This document shows positions 15,018 through 24,155 of a DNA stretch of 24,155 nucleotides, one piece after another. Numbering within the stretch: position 1 is the first letter of the stretch; each line of letters begins with the position of its first letter. The notes under the pieces were generated by a model. That model ran no database searches. It saw only the letters and a program-made list of their open reading frames with translations, and had not been told where the DNA came from. Origin of the DNA: a virus (taxonomy: Duplodnaviria; Caudoviricetes). Position numbers and translations under genes: made by a program. The stretch is taken from IMG/VR virus record IMGVR_UViG_3300021960_000494, positions 1-24,155 of that record. One strand, given 5' to 3'.

Positions 15018-16065
15018 AAACATCAAATACATCAGGTGCTACTTGAGTCATATTTAAACTATTTTGAGCAAATCTAGCAAATAAATAATCAGAATAATCA
15101 CTACTTGTTTTATCTTGAGTAAATATAAAAGGAGTATGGTTGCCATTTGTTTTATTCCATAGGTCTTCAATTATACCTTCATCACTAGGTTGAAATTCGT
15201 TATAATTATCAGGCATTATATCTGTTGAATTTAGATAGCTAAACTTCATATCATATGACATTCTACCTCCATAAGCACCAAATGCATTATAATAAGTGTG
15301 AAAAGGGCTTTTATTAGAATCGCTTATATTTTTTCTGCCATAATTAGACATTGTAGAATATCTTTGCCCACCTAAAGATTCTTGAATATTAACGCTATCA
15401 AAAGCTATTGTTCTTTTTACATTTAAATCAGGGCTATGTGGCATATCATGGTATTGACCTAACAATATACATCCTATTTTTAAATTAGTAGTTGGATTAA
15501 ATAAAGCACCCGCACCACTATCATCTCCATTTGTTGTACCTTCAAATTGGATACCCCAAAACCTATCTTGGACTCCTGTAAAACTTATAATTGTATGACC
15601 AGCTCCCCAACTGTCAGTTAAATCTGGGCCAATTAAATGATCTGCTGGGTCACTTGTTACTCCACCTACAACATTAGATATAGCTTGTTTGTTTGAAGCT
15701 CCCGCATGATTAACGGCTATAATCTCAGCTTTATCTGTAGCGTGGTCATCACTACTTACTCTAATTTTTGCATCAGCACCTACCATATTATGATTTAATA
15801 TTGCTATAAAATCTACTTTAAAAGAAGTGCTTTTTAAATCAATCCATAGTTTTAAATGACCATCAGTATTGCCTGTTGTATTAAATTCAACTTGATTTAA
15901 TGGTCGCATATCATATAGTTCATCAACAGTGCTACCACTAGATAAACTTATATCATCAGAGTTACTTGCTTGTATTCCATAATGACCTCCTACAGGGTCA
16001 CGAGTTTTTAAAAAATTAACGTAGTCTACATAAAATCTTGGTGTTCTTATATTCATATTTGACAT
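14992..16065 (-). CDS. Tail-tip protein, likely distal-tail (Dit)-like with an inserted beta-sandwich domain
   Basis: Last gene of the tail operon. C-terminal QESLGGQRY...R.SYDMKFSYL...G...PFIF...ARF....L..TQVAP..FDVSM.IEEEF resembles Dit/gpM belt domains. Confidence 0.5.
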   Translation of the reverse strand: MSNMNIRTPRFYVDYVNFLKTRDPVGGHYGIQASNSDDISLSSGSTVDELYDMRPLNQVEFNTTGNTDGHLKLWIDLKSTSFKVDFIAILNHNMVGADAKIRVSSDDHATDKAEIIAVNHAGASNKQAISNVVGGVTSDPADHLIGPDLTDSWGAGHTIISFTGVQDRFWGIQFEGTTNGDDSGAGALFNPTTNLKIGCILLGQYHDMPHSPDLNVKRTIAFDSVNIQESLGGQRYSTMSNYGRKNISDSNKSPFHTYYNAFGAYGGRMSYDMKFSYLNSTDIMPDNYNEFQPSDEGIIEDLWNKTNGNHTPFIFTQDKTSSDYSDYLFARFAQNSLNMTQVAPDVFDVSMKIEEEF

Positions 16066-19046
16066 TATGATATTACTCCTATTTCTCTAGCTTTAAATTT
16101 TATTGATCCAACTGTTCTTGATATTGATGTAATCATAAAAACCATATTAGTAAAAGACTTATCAAACATTTTTACTGGGTACATATCGGTAAATTGAACA
16201 GTGTTACCAACATTAATATCAAAGTATTTTGGGTTTATTAACTCAGATGATATATTTAATCTAACTACCCCATTAATATTGTTATAATAACTATAGAAAT
16301 CATCGTTAGGATTATTTGATGGGCTTGAAGGTATTTCTGGATATACATAAGCATCAAGTTTTATATCTTTTTTATTTTCTTTTGCATTAATAACATATTC
16401 TGCTTTTGAAGAAGGATTGGAGCAGTTCTGTAAAAATAAATATTTAGTGTTGCTTGGGTTTGGATGTTTTTGATAATTAATATCCATTTTAGTTACTATA
16501 GAGTTAAAAGAGTCTGGGTTTATATTAATATTTTTTAAATCATATTGAGATAATGTTAAATCTGTTGAAGTATAAGAGTCTTTTATAAATATGTATTCTG
16601 GTTGGTTTTGATCGCCTCTTCTAAATCTAAATATAAAACCACCTTCATATTGCAGTTTTTCTAATGTATGTGCTAAACTAGTAGGTTCTAATTGCCAATA
16701 TCTAATTTTCCAATCTTTTGTATCGTCTAATAATCCATCATTTGCAGCATCACTACCATAACCAATAATTTGGTTTGTATTAGTTGGGTCAGAATCAACA
16801 TCAAAACCAGCAAATCTATTCATTAAATCTAAATGTGCTTCATGTATTTCTGTAATATTATTACCCGCTAAGCCTACTATATTATGCTGTAATCCATTAC
16901 CACCTGAATAAAAATACTCTGTTCTTGCTAATTGTTCATGGTCATCTTGAACATCATCATCATTAGAAAAAGCAGGCAGTTCAACTACATGGTAAAGTTG
17001 TAAAGAGTGTATTTTACATTTAAAATCTTCTTGGTTATATCCACTTAATCCAGTTCCAGATGGAGTTTGTAATTTTAAAAGCAAATTATCTGGGCACATT
17101 GCTCCTTGCCTATTATCTATTTTATTCCCTGCTGTTAAGCCTAAAGCTATACCTCCGCTATACGTACTATTAGAGCCTGTTCCACCTCTTATAACAGTAT
17201 CATAAAACCTTGCATAATTTCCAAAAGAATTATAATCTATTAAATCATCATTACTAGAATCAAATTGATTTGAAAAAGCATCCCAATTTATTTGCTGTTC
17301 AGTTCCTAAACTCCCATCAGTAGCTTCCACAGATATTCTAGCTAAATAATAATATACATACTCTAATGTAAATCTTTTTTTAGGTGTTTGTACCATTAAA
17401 TAATATGTATCTAAAGTACTAACATCAAAAGATTTTGATGCAAACACTGTATCATCTAATACATTATTAGGTTTCCATTTAAACATATTTTCTTGATTAT
17501 CAAAGTAAGTTACACTTCCTCCGTATTCAGGGTCAGTAACTTCTGTAGTAATATAACCAGCAAAAGCACTATTTTTCCAATCACCACTATTATCTTTTGC
17601 TCTAATTCTTGAACTTAAAATATTTAAACCACTATCATCTAATGTAGTGCTTGTTCCAGAATCAACTCTGTTAGAAGTATCTGTAAATATTTGACTATGT
17701 AACCTTAACGGAGTAAACTGTGCATTAAAACCATCTACATGATTATGAATAAATGAATTATCACTTGCTACATACGCTCTAGGCATTAAAGTCCATATAA
17801 AATTACTAGATATTTGTAAAACTGGAACAGGGAAAACAGTTCCCATAACTCCATATGCTTGATTACTGCTATTAGTATCAGCACCTCCAGTAAAATCTCC
17901 ATAAACAACAGGCTCATATATGTTATGTAAAGGATGTTTTACTTGAGGAGATGAAATATTATCCCAAGGATTAAATGATTTTAATGATATAGATATAGAA
18001 TTTCCACTTGTAGAAATATCAGATGTTCTAAAACATCCAATTAAAGTTGGAGTACCATCATTTATTTGAGAATATACTTTTACACTATAATTTAAATACA
18101 CATTTGTACCAAATAATTCTTCAGATATTAATTTATTTTTATATTTAAAATCTGGAATATCAATATTAATGTTAGACCGACTACTTTTAGAGGTTGATAA
18201 GTCAATTGATTCTCTTATTGAGGGCTGATTAGTAACAACACCATGATAGTAATTACTATTGTATACTGTATCTTGAAAAGAAAGATGTAACTCTGAGTTT
18301 TCATAAGAAGCCCCATAAATTTTACCACTTTGATTATTTATAAAATCAGTTGCTCTTTTATTATTGTTAAATTTATAATAAGCTACTAAATCATCTAGTC
18401 TTACTTCAGTAAAATTTATATAATTACCGCTATTATATAAAGAATTAACATTAGCTTGATTTAAAAATACATTATAAACTGCTAAGTTTTTTAATTTAAA
18501 CCTACCATATGCATCAGTGCCAACTACTTCTCTACCGATATAGGCAACTCCATTAGGGCTATAGCTTGGAGCATTATCATCAGAAGTCCCAGAATTAGTT
18601 ACATTGCCACTAGCATCTCCATTAATCCAAATTTTACAATTAGAATTTCTATCTACTATGGAAGACTCAAAATTAGTTCCAATAACTACAAAATACCATT
18701 TATTTGCCTCAAGTGCAGTACCACTAGTCATAGTTTCCCTGTTAGATTCTCCAGCTCCAGCAGCATCACCCCAAGTGATTGCTATTTTATTATCAGATCC
18801 TTTAGCAATTAAAATACCTGAATAATTAGAATCTTGCGAGTTATTATAGAATATATCTTCTTGCGTACCTAAAACTGGAAAATTAATCCAAAAAGCTATT
18901 GAGCCATTACTTGATACGCTAATAGGAGAAGTACTTGTCGTACCCCCTAAATCAATATAATCATTAACCCCATCAAAATTAAGGTATGAATCTTGATTAT
19001 AAAAATCAAATAACCAATTTTCTTTTATATTTGATCCAACTGACAT
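16065..19046 (-). CDS. Large tail-tip/hub protein with N-terminal LamG (concanavalin A-like) domain
   Basis: YLNFDGVNDYID...SIAFWINF...WYFVV...KIWING...F.LKNLAVYN...LVAYYKFN is the LamG pattern, and a PVVYGDF hub-type motif follows. Lies directly after the tape measure gene. Confidence 0.7.
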   Translation of the reverse strand: MSVGSNIKENWLFDFYNQDSYLNFDGVNDYIDLGGTTSTSPISVSSNGSIAFWINFPVLGTQEDIFYNNSQDSNYSGILIAKGSDNKIAITWGDAAGAGESNRETMTSGTALEANKWYFVVIGTNFESSIVDRNSNCKIWINGDASGNVTNSGTSDDNAPSYSPNGVAYIGREVVGTDAYGRFKLKNLAVYNVFLNQANVNSLYNSGNYINFTEVRLDDLVAYYKFNNNKRATDFINNQSGKIYGASYENSELHLSFQDTVYNSNYYHGVVTNQPSIRESIDLSTSKSSRSNINIDIPDFKYKNKLISEELFGTNVYLNYSVKVYSQINDGTPTLIGCFRTSDISTSGNSISISLKSFNPWDNISSPQVKHPLHNIYEPVVYGDFTGGADTNSSNQAYGVMGTVFPVPVLQISSNFIWTLMPRAYVASDNSFIHNHVDGFNAQFTPLRLHSQIFTDTSNRVDSGTSTTLDDSGLNILSSRIRAKDNSGDWKNSAFAGYITTEVTDPEYGGSVTYFDNQENMFKWKPNNVLDDTVFASKSFDVSTLDTYYLMVQTPKKRFTLEYVYYYLARISVEATDGSLGTEQQINWDAFSNQFDSSNDDLIDYNSFGNYARFYDTVIRGGTGSNSTYSGGIALGLTAGNKIDNRQGAMCPDNLLLKLQTPSGTGLSGYNQEDFKCKIHSLQLYHVVELPAFSNDDDVQDDHEQLARTEYFYSGGNGLQHNIVGLAGNNITEIHEAHLDLMNRFAGFDVDSDPTNTNQIIGYGSDAANDGLLDDTKDWKIRYWQLEPTSLAHTLEKLQYEGGFIFRFRRGDQNQPEYIFIKDSYTSTDLTLSQYDLKNININPDSFNSIVTKMDINYQKHPNPSNTKYLFLQNCSNPSSKAEYVINAKENKKDIKLDAYVYPEIPSSPSNNPNDDFYSYYNNINGVVRLNISSELINPKYFDINVGNTVQFTDMYPVKMFDKSFTNMVFMITSISRTVGSIKFKAREIGVIS

Positions 19047-21763
19047 TAAGCTAATCCTTGATTAACGCTTTTATTAATTTCTGGTATTAAAATATCTCTT
19101 ACAAACCCTCTTGTTCCAATTATATGACCTCTTATATTTACAGTAACGTTACTACTACCAGTGGCATTCATTTGTGCTAAATTTTCTAAACCTATTGATT
19201 GTACAGCATTTCTAGACATTACAAACTCTCCTTTTTCAGCTTCAATTAATGTACCACCTTGAGAATGCCTATTACCGCCTACTTCACCACCCTTTTCAAA
19301 CTTTTGAGCAGCGGTAAAAGCAGCAACAGCGGCTGTAACCCCTAACACATATGGAGCTCCTTTTGCTAAAGTTTTGGCTAAAGCTCCTGGGCCATAATAA
19401 GTAGCAATCTTAGCACCATCTTTCATTGCTTCAGACCCTGTTTTTTTGTTTTGAGCTTTTTGTAAAGCGTGTTCAATTAAAAAAGATTTAATTTGCTCTT
19501 TAATCATTTCTCCAAGAAATCTAATAGTAGACTCTAAAATAGCTCTTTTAATTGCTTTTTCAGCATCTAAAAAATTTGCATCTTTATCTAACATACTATC
19601 TACAAAAGCATCATAAGAAGACATTGTTGCTTGATAAATTAAATTCTTTTCTTCTAAATGTTGTTGAGATAACTCTGATTGCTGACCTTGAAACCATTTT
19701 TCTAATGCAATTTCATTTTCTTTACCAGTTAAAAGTTTTGCAAATTTATCTTTTTCTAGTTGTAGTTGTTGTAATTGAAAATTTAAATCGTCTCCAAATA
19801 CTTTTTGCCTAGCACTATTAATCCTATCTTGATGTTGTTTATTTAATGCCTCTATTTTATCATTGCTTTTTTTCTTTATTTCTTCTTTTTTACCTGCTAA
19901 CCATACATCAATTTGAGCTTGTTGCTCTGCACCATCTAATAAACTTTTAAAATATATTGCTTGATCATCTAATGTCTTAAATTGATGGTGTTGATTATTT
20001 TTAAAAATAGTATCTAAAGCATTTTTTCGTTCTTTAATTAACTTTTCTTCATCTCTTACTTGTTTAGCTTTTGCTTTAATTTCATCTTTAATATTTTTAA
20101 TATCTTGTTTATCGGCTTCTTTTTTGTCCTTTTTTTCTTTTTCTAACGCCGCTATAATTTGAAATTCTTTTTCAAGCATATCAATAAGTTTTGGGTGATT
20201 TTTTACAAATTCTTTATCAAGTTTTAATTTTGCTATTTCAAAATCACTTACACCCATTAAAGCTGCTTTTTTTAATATTAAAGATTTTATTTCACTACCT
20301 ATTCCTTTAACATTATTTTCTAATTGTTCTTTATTTCTTTTTTGTGCTTCCGTTAAGATATCAGTTGTTACAGCTAATGCATCAGATTCTTTTTCAAGTA
20401 ATGCAATTTCTTCTTTTAAATTATCGGCATGATCTGTTAAGTCTTCAAACTCTTGATTTGTTTCTCCCATGTGCAACTTTGCCATTAATGCAACTATAAG
20501 ACCTATTGCAGCTGATATTCCACCAGTTGCTAAAGCAGTTGAGAATGCAAGTTTCATCATTGCAATATTTACACCTAAAACAGCTATTTTATAAGCACCG
20601 AATGAACCAGCTATACCTATAACAGCACTTGTCATATTTTTCATGTCATTAACATCAATTGACTTTGCTAACTTGCTTACAGCTATAGCCGCTTCTTCTG
20701 CTTTTGGAGTAAAAAAGTCACCAATTTCTGCGGTAAGATTAGCTATATCTGCTGACATTTCTTGAAAATTATGTCTAGCTGTTCTAACTTCTGGTGGTAA
20801 TTTAGAAATTTTATCTTTAGCAGCTTCCATCGTAGCATTTAAAAATGCTTGTTTTCTTTCCATAACTGTTAAATCATCAACATTTTTCTTTAATGTTTCA
20901 GCATATACTTTATAAGCCTCGTCAGATTTAACAATAATACCAATATTATCTAACATCATTCGAGACTGTCGTCCAATACCAGTTACTAGTGATTCAATAG
21001 AAGACCTAGTATCCCTACCTAAAGCATCACCAAGTCTCTGAGCCATATCAAACATTTCAGCCATTTCATCAGAGTTTTTTGTTACTCCTAATATCATAGC
21101 ATTGTTTGCTTGTTGAAATAAATCCATTTTAGAAACAGTACCATCAGTTGCTTTAGTAAGCTTATCTATAGCTACAGTTGCTTTTCTACCCCCACCACTT
21201 AAAGTATTAAAAGCTGTTTCCATAGCATTGACTTTAGATGCTTCATTAACAAAATGACCTATTTTTCTGATACCTAAACCCATTGCAAAGTTAAATAAAA
21301 GTAGTTTAGATCTTAGTACAGCAAATGTTCCACCTAATATTCTAGTTCCTGTACCAGCAGTATTTAGTGCATTACCAAATCTATCTGTGCTATTTTTTGC
21401 ATTTTTAAGGGATTCATTATATTTTTTAATTTCAACAATGTGAGCAGAGGTTTGCAATCTTAACAAAGCCATTGCATTTTTATTACCTTTTAATGCATTG
21501 GTTAATGTTTCAGTAGATACTCTTGCGTTTTCAAAGTTAGAATCTAATTTAGAAACAGATAGTCTAAGTTTTTGTATTGCAATATAATTTTTATTTAATT
21601 GTTGAAATTGTTTGGCTTTAGAATTTGTTGATTTTTTTTCTGTATTATGTAGTTTATCTTGAGTATTAGTTAATTGTTTTGATATGTTGTCAAGTTTTTT
21701 AAGCTGATTAACTAAACCTTTGTCTTCAGCTCTAAATTCAATTGTTACTTGTTTATTTGCCAT
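19046..21763 (-). CDS. Tail tape measure protein (905 aa)
   Basis: N-terminal VTIEFRAED, Ala/Gly/Lys-rich coiled coil, GIGRQSRMMLDNIGI, a hydrophobic segment, and C-terminal GG.V...GGTLIEAEKGEFVM. Follows the chaperone genes. Confidence 0.9.
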   Translation of the reverse strand: MANKQVTIEFRAEDKGLVNQLKKLDNISKQLTNTQDKLHNTEKKSTNSKAKQFQQLNKNYIAIQKLRLSVSKLDSNFENARVSTETLTNALKGNKNAMALLRLQTSAHIVEIKKYNESLKNAKNSTDRFGNALNTAGTGTRILGGTFAVLRSKLLLFNFAMGLGIRKIGHFVNEASKVNAMETAFNTLSGGGRKATVAIDKLTKATDGTVSKMDLFQQANNAMILGVTKNSDEMAEMFDMAQRLGDALGRDTRSSIESLVTGIGRQSRMMLDNIGIIVKSDEAYKVYAETLKKNVDDLTVMERKQAFLNATMEAAKDKISKLPPEVRTARHNFQEMSADIANLTAEIGDFFTPKAEEAAIAVSKLAKSIDVNDMKNMTSAVIGIAGSFGAYKIAVLGVNIAMMKLAFSTALATGGISAAIGLIVALMAKLHMGETNQEFEDLTDHADNLKEEIALLEKESDALAVTTDILTEAQKRNKEQLENNVKGIGSEIKSLILKKAALMGVSDFEIAKLKLDKEFVKNHPKLIDMLEKEFQIIAALEKEKKDKKEADKQDIKNIKDEIKAKAKQVRDEEKLIKERKNALDTIFKNNQHHQFKTLDDQAIYFKSLLDGAEQQAQIDVWLAGKKEEIKKKSNDKIEALNKQHQDRINSARQKVFGDDLNFQLQQLQLEKDKFAKLLTGKENEIALEKWFQGQQSELSQQHLEEKNLIYQATMSSYDAFVDSMLDKDANFLDAEKAIKRAILESTIRFLGEMIKEQIKSFLIEHALQKAQNKKTGSEAMKDGAKIATYYGPGALAKTLAKGAPYVLGVTAAVAAFTAAQKFEKGGEVGGNRHSQGGTLIEAEKGEFVMSRNAVQSIGLENLAQMNATGSSNVTVNIRGHIIGTRGFVRDILIPEINKSVNQGLA

Positions 21764-22193
21764 GCTTAGTTGCCTCTATTTTTTTACGAGCAATGCTATT
21801 CTTAATAAGAAAGCTTTTTTCTACCCACTTTGATGGTTGCTCTCCATACGTTCCTTTATACGGGGATATACTAAATTGCTTTGAATAAATGTACCTAGAT
21901 ATGTCTTTTTGAGCTTGCGTGTCAAATAAAACATTAGGACAAGCAAAAAAGGGTAACTGCTTAACTACAGAATCTGCTAAGTTAAAACTATTACCCTTAT
22001 TGTTTTCTTCTTTAACTTCTTGTATTAAAAGCTCTATAACAGCATTAATGTCATCTTTTGATGTAAAGGTTCGAGTCTCATATTTTCCATCGATTGCGAT
22101 AGGAATTTGAGCCTTATACGGGTATGTATGATACATACAGCCCCCACAATAATCTGTTACTTGAAGATTGTACTCTAGTGTGAGGGTTTCTAT
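21753..22193 (-). CDS. Tail assembly chaperone, -1 frameshift extension (gpT-like portion)
   Basis: The -1 frame from the slippery site reads IETLTLEYNLQVTDYCGGC and continues into ORF 21753..22136 without a stop. Confidence 0.75.
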   Translation of the reverse strand: METLTLEYNLQVTDYCGGCMYHTYPYKAQIPIAIDGKYETRTFTSKDDINAVIELLIQEVKEENNKGNSFNLADSVVKQLPFFACPNVLFDTQAQKDISRYIYSKQFSISPYKGTYGEQPSKWVEKSFLIKNSIARKKIEATKHGK

Positions 22194-22453
22194 TCCCCCA
22201 AGCGTTGATATTCTTGCACAGCAACTGATATCTCATTTTTTTCATCATCTGTTAAAGACTTAATGAATTTATCATCTGCTCCATCAACACCCTTACGAAT
22301 CCATGCTGTTCTAGCTTTTGCTAAGTTTTTAATAGTAACTAGTTCATTATTATCGTATTTCATTTCAGGCACATCATTGCAGAAATCTATATCGTCTACT
22401 GACATTTCTATAATCTTAACTTTTTTATCAGTAGATAGCTTAATTTCTTTCAT
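22190..22453 (-). CDS. Tail assembly chaperone (gpG-like)
   Basis: Small acidic protein between the tail tube and tape measure genes, ending TTG GGG GAA TAG. Confidence 0.8.
   Translation of the reverse strand: MKEIKLSTDKKVKIIEMSVDDIDFCNDVPEMKYDNNELVTIKNLAKARTAWIRKGVDGADDKFIKSLTDDEKNEISVAVQEYQRLGE
22193..22199 (-). promoter_or_regulatory. Programmed -1 frameshift slippery heptamer G GGG GAA
   Basis: Immediately before the TAG stop, at the canonical G/GT position. Confidence 0.8.
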
Positions 22454-23463
22454 TATGCTTTATCCACAGTTAATACAGACTCTGTATCAGTATGAGCTAA
22501 TGCTTTCATTTCAACATCTAACATCATAGCATCACCTTCGTTATATGCTACATTAGTTAAAGCTGATCTAGCTATAGCTAAAGAATAATTGCTTGCAGCA
22601 GTTTGAGTAACTGTAAAAGAACCAGCTGCATCAACAGTTCCAGCGTGAAAATTACCTAGTATTCCCCTACTAACTGAATCTAGTTTAATTGTAGATGATG
22701 CAGTTACTGATGTTTCTGCACCTCTTGCAAATGCTTCAAAACCAACACTAGACACCCCTGTATATATAACTGGACTATCGATTGTTACATTAAAACTTTG
22801 CATAATAGCTGTTATACTATTTACTGTTTTAACACTTGCAGTAGATAATGATATTGGTGTAGCTACAAAGCTATCAGCTTCCCCAGGTGCTTGTGCATTT
22901 TCTAATAAAGGAACTAATCCTGTTGTAATAGTTGCTTCAAATTTATACATTCCACCATCTCCCATATCAGCAGATATTGCAAAATTACTACATAGGCAAC
23001 CTCTTAATATAATATTGTAACCACCTGCTTGGTCTGGAGATGCAAGTACAGTAGTAAATGTTGCATTATCTACAGATGATGTTCCATATGTTCCAGATGA
23101 TCCAGTATGATTGTAAACAATTGCTAAGGGGTCTGCTGTACTTCCCATAATATTTTCAAGAAGTAAATTATGGCCAGGTGAATTAGATAAAGTTCCAGAT
23201 ACAGATATTTCTGTTACAGAATTTTTATTATCATGGAAAAAATCAACTGCTTTAGCTACTCTACCAGCTCCAGCTCTTACTTCTGATACTTGATTAGCAT
23301 TAAATGATGGAAAACTTATAGAATCTACATTTAACTTTAATAAATTTGATGTAATTGCAGGGGCTGTAACATTTTGCCCGCTTACAACATTTCCATTTAC
23401 AGCAGTACTAGCACCCTCTAATATTACATGGGCTTTAAAATCTTTTGGTGAAAAAACTGACAT
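22453..23463 (-). CDS. Major tail (tube) protein
   Basis: 336 aa, Ser/Thr/Ala/Gly- and beta-rich, positioned between the tail terminator and the chaperones. AAGGAG RBS. Confidence 0.75.
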   Translation of the reverse strand: MSVFSPKDFKAHVILEGASTAVNGNVVSGQNVTAPAITSNLLKLNVDSISFPSFNANQVSEVRAGAGRVAKAVDFFHDNKNSVTEISVSGTLSNSPGHNLLLENIMGSTADPLAIVYNHTGSSGTYGTSSVDNATFTTVLASPDQAGGYNIILRGCLCSNFAISADMGDGGMYKFEATITTGLVPLLENAQAPGEADSFVATPISLSTASVKTVNSITAIMQSFNVTIDSPVIYTGVSSVGFEAFARGAETSVTASSTIKLDSVSRGILGNFHAGTVDAAGSFTVTQTAASNYSLAIARSALTNVAYNEGDAMMLDVEMKALAHTDTESVLTVDKA

Positions 23464-23633
23464 TATTTAGCTCCTTTTACTTTTGATGTTTCTAATTGAT
23501 CTTTACAGCGTTCTGGCATTGAACTAACTTCAATTTCTTTCCCCTGGTTTAATGAAGTCCATTGCTCCATTGTTAAGCCTTGATAGCTATTGTTTGATGA
23601 GAGTTTCTCACCACTTTTTAATTTAACTTTCAT
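23463..23633 (-). CDS. Small hypothetical protein (56 aa), absent from the ORF track
   Basis: AAGGA RBS. MKVKLKSGEKLSSNNSYQGLTMEQWTSLNQGKEIEVSSMPERCKDQLETSKVKGAK, with TAATG coupling to the tube gene. Confidence 0.7.
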   Translation of the reverse strand: MKVKLKSGEKLSSNNSYQGLTMEQWTSLNQGKEIEVSSMPERCKDQLETSKVKGAK

Positions 23634-23651
23634 ATCTTATTCCTTATTACT

Positions 23652-24083
23652 TTATGATACGTTGCCTAAAAATTTACCTCTCCATTCCCATCTCATAACA
23701 TTTAATCCTTCAATTAATGCTTCATCGTCTTCTATCTCATTAATACGACAAGATGTTAGTCTGCCGTCAAAGAAAGTATTGCTCTGATTCTGAAAGAATA
23801 GACCTTCTATGTGTGATACTTGCCGAAGTATATGCTCCCAAGTATCTCGTTTAATTGTTTTTTCTTTAAAAGTATACGATACATCTAAAATATACTCCCT
23901 CATTTCTCCTGCAGCTAATCTATCAATTAAATCACTACCTATAGGGTTAAGCCTTATAGACTGATTCCCCATATCTTTAAAGTCTCCTGTATAAACAGGA
24001 ATACTACCAGCAAATTCAGCATTTAAGAATGTCCTGATAGTGTCTAATATTTTGTCGTCCCATATATTAACAAATGTTATCAT
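23652..24083 (-). CDS. Putative tail terminator/completion protein
   Basis: 143 aa, acidic, upstream of the tail tube gene. Size and alpha/beta pattern fit gpU-like proteins. The call is mostly positional. Confidence 0.55.
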   Translation of the reverse strand: MITFVNIWDDKILDTIRTFLNAEFAGSIPVYTGDFKDMGNQSIRLNPIGSDLIDRLAAGEMREYILDVSYTFKEKTIKRDTWEHILRQVSHIEGLFFQNQSNTFFDGRLTSCRINEIEDDEALIEGLNVMRWEWRGKFLGNVS

Positions 24084-24155
24084 CTACGAGTCATTCGCAT
24101 AGAAAAAGGCATACCAGTATCTGTTGTTTCATACTTACCTGATACTTCTATCTCC
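24080..24155 (-). CDS. 3' end of an upstream gene (possibly a neck/head-tail joining protein)
   Basis: Reads ...EIEVSGKYETTDTGMPFSMRMTRR-stop, with ATGA overlap to the next gene. Confidence 0.55.
   Translation of the reverse strand, partial: EIEVSGKYETTDTGMPFSMRMTRR

Noticed and set aside
18604-23787. Plus-strand ORFs 18604..18825, 19552..19812, 21919..22110, 22263..22529 and 23590..23787
   Set aside because: Antisense shadows of the tail genes.
1-24155. Stop-codon reassignment, introns or inteins
   Set aside because: Genes are full length and densely packed under the standard code with all three stop codons used. The primase-helicase shows no insertion.

Overview
AT-rich fragment of an uncultured tailed dsDNA phage, probably a siphovirus. 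The host cannot be determined from the sequence. No integrase, tRNA or CRISPR array was seen, and the standard genetic code fits. Left (1-2280): end of a + strand morphogenesis block (virion-morphogenesis-like and MuF-like genes, a zinc ribbon), an Hsp20 gene, and a convergent HTH gene resembling a small terminase. 2281-4718: probable physical genome end/start, with inverted repeats, sigma70 promoters, a short transcription unit ending in a GP88-family gene plus terminator, and a 680-bp structured/repetitive spacer. 4719-15017 (+): early/middle genes, namely three short C5-cytosine-methyltransferase-like proteins, an HExxH metalloprotease, an HTH replication initiator, a T7/Twinkle-type primase-helicase, a metallophosphoesterase, and SSB-, NinG- and NinB-like proteins. 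14992-24155 (-): tail module with terminator, tube, frameshifted chaperone pair, tape measure, LamG-hub and Dit-like genes. The strongest unexplained signals are: (1) a second, inverted copy of the origin-like site array of the rep gene at 1485-1677, with near-identical spacing; (2) near-complete loss of CCDG/CHGG tetramers over about 6.8 kb that covers the putative first-injected region and the three methyltransferase genes; (3) several structured leaders or ncRNA candidates, including an anti-Shine-Dalgarno switch in front of rep. All family calls are by motif recognition, not database search.
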